From: a virus | Lineage: Duplodnaviria > Heunggongvirae > Uroviricota > Caudoviricetes | Length of the DNA: 22,262 nt | Reading direction: 5' to 3' (one strand) | Virus record (IMG/VR): IMGVR_UViG_2563366960_000006 | Shown here: piece after piece, positions 15,616-22,262 of the stretch | How positions within the stretch are numbered: the stretch's first letter is position 1 | Layout: each line of letters opens with the position of its first letter | Notes under the pieces: model-generated | Told to the model about the DNA's origin: nothing | What the model saw: only the letters and a program-made list of their open reading frames with translations | Databases searched by the model: none | Made by a program: the position numbers and the translations under genes

Positions 15616-15999
15616 ATGCGTGATATTCAGATGGTTCTTGAGCGTTGGGGTGCGTGGGCGGCTAATAATCATGAAGATGTGACCTGGTCGTCCATTGCCG
15701 CCGGTTTTAAGGGATTAATTCCTTCAAAAGTAAAATCTCGCCCGCAATGTTGTGACGATGACGCGATGATCATTTGCGGGTGCATGGCCCGTCTGAAAAA
15801 GAACAACAGCGATTTACACGATTTATTAGTAGATTATTATGTATGTGGTATGACATTCATGTCACTGGCAAGTAAGCATTGCTGCTCGGATGGTTATATC
15901 GGGAAAAGGTTACAGAAGGCTGAGGGCATAATTGAAGGGATGTTAATGGCATTAGATATCCGGTTAGATATGGATATCGTTGCTAATAATTCTAATTGA
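15616..15999 (+). CDS. Q: Q late-gene antiterminator, phage 82/DLP12 QuuD-type (127 aa)
   Basis: [75 protein letters not shown]... from ATG at 15616 with GGAG SD (track ORF starts at a TTG 15 nt upstream); Cys-rich zinc-binding region typical of Q82-family proteins. Confidence 0.8.
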   Translation: MRDIQMVLERWGAWAANNHEDVTWSSIAAGFKGLIPSKVKSRPQCCDDDAMIICGCMARLKKNNSDLHDLLVDYYVCGMTFMSLASKHCCSDGYIGKRLQKAEGIIEGMLMALDIRLDMDIVANNSN

Positions 16000-16136
16000 T
16001 ATGCAATTGTTTACTAAAAGTTATTAAAAATGGGGCGTGGAAACGCCCCCAAAATAAAGGGTAATATATAACAGAAGGTTTATATAGTAAGAAGCAAGGT
16101 AGTGCTTCTAAAGGAAGTGGCTTGAGGGCTCCACTT

Positions 16137-16178
16137 ATATGTTGCGGAGGCAAAGCCTCCCGCAACATATCTTTTTCG
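16137..16178 (+). terminator. Strong intrinsic terminator on the plus strand downstream of Q (candidate tR')
   Basis: About 14-bp stem ATATGTTGCGGAGG-CAAA-GCCTCCCGCAACATAT (one bulged C) followed by CTTTTTCG; 140-180 nt downstream of the Q stop, the usual pR'/tR' geometry. Confidence 0.5.
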
Positions 16179-16187
16179 TAAGTCAGA

Positions 16188-17270
16188 TTAGAACTGATAA
16201 ACCAGACCTACAGCGACGATGTCGTCGGTATCAATACCAGCTGTTTTGGTAAACTTACTATCGTCAATTAAGTTGATTTTGTAATCAACAAAAGTGGACA
16301 TGTTTTTATTAAAGTAGTAAGTAGCACCGACATCGACATACTTGACTAAGTCTCGGTCACCATGAACACCAAGGTCTTTACCTTTTGACTGAAGGTAAGC
16401 AACAGATGGACGCAGACCGAAGTCAAACTGATATTGTGCTACTGCTTCAAAGTTTTGTGCTTTGTTTGCAATATGGTTATTACCAAAAACGGTCATATTC
16501 TGAGTTTCAGAATATGTGGTAGCCAGATAGATATTGTTCGCATCATATTTCAGGCCTGCAGCCCATACTTCCGCATTTTTGCCGGAGGCATTGAATTTGC
16601 TCTTACCATAGGCGACCTGACCGTCAGTGCGATCTGATTTAGCATAGGTTGCACCCACGCCGAATCCTTCATACTCATAAGTAGTGGAGAAACCGAAACC
16701 ATCACCATTGGCTTCAGTTACGTCAGTGCGGTCATTTTTACCCTGATACTGAGCAGCAAAGTTCAGGCCATCGACCAGACCAAAGAAGTCGTTGTTACGA
16801 TAAGTTGCAACACCAGTAGTGCGACCAGTCATGAACACATCTGTTTGGGTCCAGGTATCACCACCGAATTCTGGCAGAACGTCAGTCCACGCACCGATGT
16901 CGTATGCTACACCGTAGTTACGGCCGTAATCGATTGAGCCGTAATCACCAAATTTCAGGCCTGCAAATGCAAGACGGGTTTTGTCTTTGGAAGAACCTTG
17001 AGATTCAGCACGGTTGCCTTTGAATTCATATTCCCACTGACCGAAACCAGTCAGTTGATCGTTGATTTGGGTTTCACCTTTGAAGCCAAGACGGGCATAA
17101 GTAGTATCACCATCATCTGCATCATTAGAGGAGAAGTAGTGCTTGGCATTAACTTTCCCGTATAGATCCAGCTTGTTACTGTCTTTATTATAAATTTCAG
17201 CTGCCTGAGCAGACATCGCCATCAGTACTGATGCAGCTACAGCAGAAATTGCCACTGTTAATTTTTTCAT
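16188..17270 (-). CDS. nmpC: Phage-borne outer-membrane general porin (OmpC/OmpF/PhoE family; NmpC/Lc-type), 360 aa
   Basis: Signal peptide [23 protein letters not shown] then [17 protein letters not shown]..., porin PEFGGD motif, C-terminal ...VGLVYQF. ATG at 17270 (track ORF extends 60 nt upstream). Located between Q and the lysis cassette, as nmpC is in DLP12. Confidence 0.9.
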   Translation of the reverse strand: MKKLTVAISAVAASVLMAMSAQAAEIYNKDSNKLDLYGKVNAKHYFSSNDADDGDTTYARLGFKGETQINDQLTGFGQWEYEFKGNRAESQGSSKDKTRLAFAGLKFGDYGSIDYGRNYGVAYDIGAWTDVLPEFGGDTWTQTDVFMTGRTTGVATYRNNDFFGLVDGLNFAAQYQGKNDRTDVTEANGDGFGFSTTYEYEGFGVGATYAKSDRTDGQVAYGKSKFNASGKNAEVWAAGLKYDANNIYLATTYSETQNMTVFGNNHIANKAQNFEAVAQYQFDFGLRPSVAYLQSKGKDLGVHGDRDLVKYVDVGATYYFNKNMSTFVDYKINLIDDSKFTKTAGIDTDDIVAVGLVYQF

Positions 17271-17696
17271 TGTACGCCCTTTTTTTGAACTATTATTAAA
17301 AAATGATGTCACTGCGCGATAAATATTCATCTAATCAATGTGATTATTTCAAGATGTAAGTTTTAGTTTCTCATTTAATTTGTGAAGTAGATCTCTATTT
17401 TTATCTGAACCTTTTCTATCTAATCCTATTCATGGCTCTTGTCTGAACAAAAATAAATCTATTAGCTAATTTATATTAATGGCACTTATTTATAAGTGCT
17501 CTATAATTCTTTAGCTTAATTTAAACAAACTAAAAATAACATCGGAAATTATTAACTGGTTATTTGTTGAAGTTTTCTTATGCATTTGTGGTGGTGTTTT
17601 GAACACTCGGTGGCATTCTCACAAATATCATTTAGTAGTTTACGTACGTAAAAAATTGGTTATGCTGTTAAGAGTGGTTACTTCGTCACACAGCTT

Positions 17697-17729
17697 AAAC
17701 CCGCCGTCGAGCGGGTTTTTCCATTTTTT
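17697..17729 (+). terminator. Intrinsic terminator on the plus strand upstream of the holin gene
   Basis: AAACCCGC-CGTCGA-GCGGGTTT (17697-17718) followed by TTCCATTTTTT. Confidence 0.4.
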
Positions 17730-17858
17730 GAGTCTCGATATTAGCTGATAACCCAATACCTGAGTTATTCACTGACTCCGAATCTGTTACGTTTCTGCCT
17801 TTATTGCGATACGTAGTATCCCCTTAATTTACACCCGCTTTGTCTGCGAGGTGGGGTT

Positions 17859-18074
17859 ATGAAATCCATGGATAAGTTAACAACGGGTGTCGCCTATGGT
17901 ACCTCAGCAGGTAGTGCCGGGTACTGGTTTTTACAGTTGCTCGATAAAGTCACGCCCTCACAGTGGGCGGCAATAGGTGTGCTGGGTAGCCTGGTATTTG
18001 GCCTGCTGACGTACCTGACAAACCTTTATTTCAAGATTAAAGAAGATAAGCGCAAGGCTGCGAGAGGTGAATAA
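17859..18074 (+). CDS. S: Class II holin / pinholin (S21-like), 71 aa
   Basis: [71 protein letters not shown]; two TM segments; dual-start motif M1/M4 as in S21; TAATG overlap with the endolysin gene. Confidence 0.9.
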
Positions 18075-18571
18075 TGCCTCCATCATTACGAAAAGCCGTT
18101 GCTGCTGCTATTGGTGGCGGAGCAATTGCTATAGCATCAGTGTTAATCACTGGCCCAAGTGGTAACGATGGTCTGGAAGGTGTCAGCTACATACCATACA
18201 AAGATATTGTTGGTGTATGGACTGTATGTCACGGGCATACAGGAAAAGACATCATGCTCGGTAAAACGTATACCAAAGCAGAATGCAAAGCCCTCCTGAA
18301 TAAAGACCTTGCCACGGTCGCCAGACAAATTAACCCGTACATCAAAGTCGATATACCGGAAACAATGCGCGGCGCTCTTTACTCATTCGTTTACAACGTG
18401 GGTGCTGGCAATTTCAGAACATCGACGCTTCTTCGCAAAATAAACCAGGGCGATATCAAAGGCGCATGTGATCAGCTACGTCGCTGGACATATGCTGGCG
18501 GTAAGCAATGGAAAGGTCTCATGACTCGTCGTGAGATTGAGCGTGAAATCTGTTTGTGGGGTCAGCAATGA
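18074..18571 (+). CDS. R: SAR endolysin (T4-lysozyme-like muramidase with N-terminal signal-anchor-release domain), 165 aa
   Basis: Gly/Ala-rich weakly hydrophobic N-terminus ([20 protein letters not shown]) followed by a lysozyme domain; paired with a pinholin as in phage 21/DLP12. Confidence 0.9.
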   Translation: MPPSLRKAVAAAIGGGAIAIASVLITGPSGNDGLEGVSYIPYKDIVGVWTVCHGHTGKDIMLGKTYTKAECKALLNKDLATVARQINPYIKVDIPETMRGALYSFVYNVGAGNFRTSTLLRKINQGDIKGACDQLRRWTYAGGKQWKGLMTRREIEREICLWGQQ

Positions 18572-19029
18572 ACAGAGTAACCGCGATTATCTCCGCTCTG
18601 GTTATCTGCATCATCGTCTGCCTGTCATGGGCTGTTAATCATTACCGTGATAACGCCATTACCTACAAAGCCCAGCGCGACAAAAATGCCAGAGAACTGA
18701 CGCTGGCGAACGCGGTAATTACTGACATACAGATGCGTCAGCGTGATGTTGCTGCGCTCGATGCAAAATACACGAAGGAGTTAGCTGATGCGAAAGCTGA
18801 AAATGATGCTCTGCGTGATGATGTTGCCGCTGGTCGTCGTCGGTTGCACATCAAAGCAGTCTGTCAGTCAGTGCGTGAAGCCACCACCGCCTCCGGCGTG
18901 GATAATGCAGCCTCCCCCCGACTGGCAGACACCGCTGAACGGGATTATTTCACCCTCAGAGAGAGGCTGATCACTATGCAAAAACAACTGGAAGGAACCC
19001 AGAAGTATATTAATGAGCAGTGCAGATAG
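18568..19029 (+). CDS. Rz: Rz i-spanin (153 aa from ATG at 18568)
   Basis: N-terminal TM helix, coiled-coil periplasmic domain; starts with an ATGA overlap on the endolysin stop; contains the embedded Rz1 frame. Confidence 0.85.
   Translation: MNRVTAIISALVICIIVCLSWAVNHYRDNAITYKAQRDKNARELTLANAVITDIQMRQRDVAALDAKYTKELADAKAENDALRDDVAAGRRRLHIKAVCQSVREATTASGVDNAASPRLADTAERDYFTLRERLITMQKQLEGTQKYINEQCR
18788..18970 (+). CDS. Rz1: Rz1 o-spanin lipoprotein (60 aa), embedded in Rz in the +1 frame
   Basis: Lipobox LVVVGC; proline-rich mature region ([16 protein letters not shown]); entirely inside Rz. Confidence 0.8.
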   Translation: MRKLKMMLCVMMLPLVVVGCTSKQSVSQCVKPPPPPAWIMQPPPDWQTPLNGIISPSERG

Positions 19030-19060
19030 AGCTGCCCATATCGATGGGCAACTCATGCAA

Positions 19061-19354
19061 TTATTGTGAGCAATACACACGCGCTTCCAGCGGAGTATAA
19101 ATGCCTAAAGTAATAAAACCGAGCAATCCATTTACGAATGTTTGCTGGGTTTCTGTTTTAACAACATTTTCTGCACCACCACAAATTTTTGCTGCATCGA
19201 CAGTTTTCTTCTGCCCAATTCCCGAAACGAAGAAATGATGGGTGATGGTTTCCTTTGGTGTTACTGCTGTAGGTTTGTTTCCAACAGTAAACGTCTGTTG
19301 AGCACATCCTGTAATAAGCATTGCCAGAGCGGCAGAAAACAACATTTTTTTCAT
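19061..19354 (-). CDS. bor: Bor outer-membrane lipoprotein (serum resistance), 97 aa
   Basis: From ATG at 19354: MKKMLFSAALAMLITGCAQQTFTVGNKPTAVTPKETITHHFFVSGIGQKKTVDAAKICGGAENVVKTETQQTFVNGLLGFITLGIYTPLEARVYCSQ, near identical to lambda Bor (recall); lipobox LITGC. Confidence 0.9.
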   Translation of the reverse strand: MKKMLFSAALAMLITGCAQQTFTVGNKPTAVTPKETITHHFFVSGIGQKKTVDAAKICGGAENVVKTETQQTFVNGLLGFITLGIYTPLEARVYCSQ

Positions 19355-19834
19355 CTTATTATCCTGCATTGTTAAAAACGGCAGAATCCTATGTGACAAC
19401 AATTAAACGATAGTTAAATGGATTGATGAAAATTAAAACTACACAGGTGGGCTCAGACTATTGGAGGAAGTTGGGGACACTCAGAATCCTGTGGAATGAA
19501 ATAAACCGGTCTATCCGTCCATTACCCTTTTAGCTGCGCTGTATCGTCGCCGTATTCCCGCATTAACCATGACCGTAGCCCGACGGGGAATTCCTTCTGC
19601 GTGAGTGTGCGGGAATAATTAAAAACGATGCACACCGGGTTTTTACCGCGTTAATGATTCGCGGGTTTATCCCGGTGCGATGGTGGAAGAAACAGGAAGC
19701 TGTATTACAGAAAGTGCTACTACTGTATCCCGATGCGATGTATGTAATGTGAGTCAGATAATGGCACAGGATGTGGTGATGTGGCAGTCTGGAACACAGG
19801 ATATATTGTCAGAATAAGACCCGTAGGAATAAAA

Positions 19835-20161
19835 ATGAAAAGACGCCTTTTACTACTTTTTCTGTTATCTGTCCTGGCAGTGGGATGCTCGCAGCAAAAA
19901 GCTGATGAGCCCCGGCAATTAGTGACGGTGTATCCACGATATCCGGAATATGCTGCAGCAAATTATATCAAGGGGCTGGTTGAGGTTAAGTTCGATATTG
20001 GTGCTGATGGGACTGTGACACGGATCGTTTTTCTCCGCTCAGAGCCTCATAATTTGTTTCGTGATGAAGTGGTGAAGGCCATGGCGAAATGGCGATTTGA
20101 AAAGAATCGCCCCTGTCAGGGAGTGAAGAGACAATTTATCTTTACGCCGTCACGTCCTTGA
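19835..20161 (+). CDS. Putative lipoprotein with TonB C-terminal-domain-like region (109 aa)
   Basis: ATG at 19835 with AGGA SD; signal peptide plus lipobox (MKRRLLLLFLLSVLAVGC); mature part YPRYPEYAAANYIKGLVEVKFDIGADGTVTRIVFLRSEPHNLFRDEVVKAMAKWRF fits the TonB C-terminal domain pattern (recall). Confidence 0.55.
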   Translation: MKRRLLLLFLLSVLAVGCSQQKADEPRQLVTVYPRYPEYAAANYIKGLVEVKFDIGADGTVTRIVFLRSEPHNLFRDEVVKAMAKWRFEKNRPCQGVKRQFIFTPSRP

Positions 20162-20283
20162 TGCTTCCAGGTAGAGAGGGGCTGGAAGCAGGAGAAAAAT
20201 GAAAGAGCCAGCGGTTATATTTTTGTCATGGCTGACGAGGAATGATGGAAGAAGGCGTTGTATGCCACACAACGCCTCACTGT

Positions 20284-20463
20284 TCATTTCTTCTTTTTCT
20301 CTGGTGGAACCCGATGAATAAGAGTTGCACTGGTTTCCGATGAGATGGCGATATACTCGGGCAAAGTATGCTGGCAGTTTTCCAACTGGTCAAAAATACC
20401 TGCTCTCGTCTGTTGCAATGCCTGCAGCATGCGGCGGCAATGCGCCTTGCTTTTACTAACCAT
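20284..20463 (-). CDS. Hypothetical small protein (59 aa from ATG at 20463; alternative 117-aa form from 20637)
   Basis: Strong SD GAGGAAGGA before ATG at 20463; the longer track ORF (start 20637) has no SD and overlaps the neighbouring gene in another frame. Confidence 0.3.
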   Translation of the reverse strand: MVSKSKAHCRRMLQALQQTRAGIFDQLENCQHTLPEYIAISSETSATLIHRVPPEKKKK

Positions 20464-20524
20464 CTTTCCTTCCTCTATCAGTCGCTGCGTGAACTCATCA
20501 TGGAATACCAGGTAAATGCGGATG

Positions 20525-20776
20525 TTATCGGTTTTGGCTACGCAGCATAGTACAAAACGGACAGGTGCATCCCGGGACGGGGGAGGCGTCACATGTCCCT
20601 GTGATGGTTGTTCCGGGTAATGTACTGTGTGGGGCATAAAAATGTCCGATAATTTTACTTTCTACCGCAGTTAGTTGATTCGTTGGTCCTGGTAGCACAT
20701 TGGGCGAGGATTTAAATGCCAGGCAACTGAAGGATGATGTCGCAAGGGAGATAGCGAGAATATTTCTGATTTTCAT
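20525..20776 (-). CDS. Hypothetical secreted Cys-rich small protein (83 aa)
   Basis: ATG at 20776 with AGAGG SD; N-terminal signal peptide (MKIRNILAISLATSSFSCLA); C-terminal Cys cluster (TGTCDASPVPGCTCPFC). Confidence 0.35.
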   Translation of the reverse strand: MKIRNILAISLATSSFSCLAFKSSPNVLPGPTNQLTAVESKIIGHFYAPHSTLPGTTITGTCDASPVPGCTCPFCTMLRSQNR

Positions 20777-20924
20777 TTGATGATGCCTCTGTGTGAAATG
20801 ACGGTAAACGACGCACTTGTGCCGGCACATAATAGCAAGCACCATAATAGATCAGATTCGATTCTTGCTGTAAGTGATAATTATTCTCGTTTTCGGGTCC
20901 TTTCCGTCGATCCAACAGGTTACG

Positions 20925-20936
20925 GGGCGGCGACCT
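20925..20936. other. cos site: lambda-type 12-nt cohesive end (cosN) with flanking cosQ/cosB region about 20850-21110
   Basis: GGGCGGCGACCT preceded by TTACG and followed by CGCGGTTTTTCACTATTTATGAAAATTTTT, closely matching the lambda genome ends (recall); lies directly upstream of Nu1. Confidence 0.8.
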
Positions 20937-21112
20937 CGCGGTTTTTCACTATTTATGAAAATTTTTCAGGGAAAATCGTGTCGGTACTTCTCGAATATAA
21001 CTTTTTGTTTTTTTTAATATTGCATCCGTAAAGGTCCGACATGAAAGTGTCCGAAAATGCCTTTTTCTGGCGTTTTCATGTCGGGCCTTGTATTTGATAA
21101 TGGGTTGTTTTC

Positions 21113-21661
21113 ATGAAGGTTAATAAAAAGAGGCTTGCCGAAATTTTCAACGTGGACCCGCGGACGATTGAACGCTGGCAGTCTCAGGGACTCCCTTGCG
21201 CCTCCAAAGGTAGTAAGGGCATTGAATCTGTATTTGATACTGCCATGGCAATTCAGTGGTATGCGCAGAGGGAAACTGATATCGAAAACGAAAAGCTCCG
21301 CAAAGAACTGGACGATTTGCGTGCGGCAGCGGAGTCAGATTTACAACCCGGCACCATTGACTATGAACGCTACCGGCTCACAAAAGCGCAGGCAGATGCG
21401 CAGGAACTGAAAAATGCCCGTGAAGACGGAGTAGTGCTGGAAACTGAACTGTTTACCTTCATTCTGCAACGTGTGGCACAGGAGATTTCGGGGATACTTG
21501 TGCGTGTGCCGTTGACATTACAGCGTAAATATCCGGACATTTCACCATCACACCTTGATGTGGTGAAAACTGAAATCGCGAAAGCCTCCAATGTTGCAGC
21601 TAAGGCCGGTGAAAACGTGGGCGGGTGGATCGATGATTTCAGACGCGCAGAAGGCAGCTAA
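21113..21661 (+). CDS. nu1: Terminase small subunit Nu1 (182 aa)
   Basis: [103 protein letters not shown]... is homologous to lambda Nu1 (recall). Confidence 0.9.
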
Positions 21662-22262
21662 TGCAGCCGGTGCGATAGCTACAGGGCTTTTATCTCTCAT
21701 TATTCCTGTTCCACTGACGACAGTTCAGTGGGCCAATAAACATTATTACCTTCCTAAAGAGTCGTCTTATACCCCGGGGCGATGGGAAACACTGCCGTTT
21801 CAGGTTGGCATCATGAACTGTATGGGCAACGATCTGATTCGCACGGTTAACCTGATTAAATCTGCCCGTGTTGGTTATACAAAGATGTTGCTGGGAGTGG
21901 AGGCTTATTTTATTGAGCATAAATCACGCAACAGCCTTCTTTTTCAGCCCACGGACTCAGCTGCTGAAGATTTTATGAAATCTCATGTTGAGCCAACGAT
22001 AAGGGATGTTCCTGCATTGCTGGAGCTGGCTCCATGGTTCGGAAGAAAACACCGCGATAATACGCTCACCCTGAAGCGTTTTTCCTCCGGTGTGGGGTTC
22101 TGGTGTCTGGGTGGTGCGGCAGCAAAAAACTACCGTGAAAAATCCGTGGATGTGGTCTGTTATGACGAGCTTTCCTCGTTCGAACCGGATGTTGAAAAAG
22201 AGGGTTCGCCAACCCTGCTGGGGGATAAACGTATTGAGGGCTCTGTATGGCCAAAATCCATT
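21633..22262 (+). CDS. A: Terminase large subunit A, N-terminal 210 codons (runs off the window end)
   Basis: Hand translation from ATG at 21633 (overlapping the Nu1 end by 29 nt): [14 protein letters not shown]...[21 protein letters not shown]...[13 protein letters not shown]...[33 protein letters not shown]...[14 protein letters not shown], collinear with the lambda gpA N-terminus. Not in the track because there is no stop before the window end. Confidence 0.85.

Noticed and set aside
16434-16637. Plus-strand ORF inside the porin gene
   Set aside because: Antisense shadow ORF.
18143-19402. Minus-strand ORFs 18143-18328 and 18868-19080, plus-strand ORF 19142-19375, and the 16-codon N-terminal extension of bor to 19402
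   Set aside because: Antisense to endolysin, Rz or bor; the bor extension lacks a signal-peptide context, whereas the ATG at 19354 gives the canonical lipoprotein start.
20368-21031. ORFs 20368-20550 (+), 20712-20915 (-), 20777-21031 (+) near cos
   Set aside because: They overlap the cos site or better-supported minus-strand ORFs; the cos region is non-coding in lambda.
21135-21920. ORFs 21135-21410 (+), 21370-21591 (-), 21690-21920 (-), 22066-22254 (-) in the terminase genes
   Set aside because: Alternative-frame or antisense ORFs within Nu1 and A, which are strongly supported by homology.

Overview
This window is about 22 kb of a lambdoid prophage, running from the integrase (left edge, minus strand) to the start of the large terminase subunit (right edge). 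Many genes are recognisably lambda (exo, bet, gam, kil, cIII, ea10, cI, cro, cII, the OL/OR operators, bor, cos, Nu1/A); others match DLP12/phage 21/82-type modules (rusA, ylcG, Q, porin nmpC/lc, pinholin, SAR endolysin, Rz/Rz1) or a P22-type replication module (O-like initiator with internal iterons plus a DnaB-like helicase). All protein identities are from my recall of these sequences, not from a search. The main point of interest is that the classic lambda exclusion loci carry different cargo: rexA-rexB downstream of cI is replaced by an uncharacterised two-gene cassette (a 145-aa soluble protein overlapping a 107-aa tail-anchored membrane protein), with an IS200 copy inserted next to it, and the ral/sieB position downstream of N holds two unknown genes (207 aa and 156 aa). 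No CRISPR array, rRNA or tRNA was found. Coordinates of short motifs were read by hand and may be off by a base or two.
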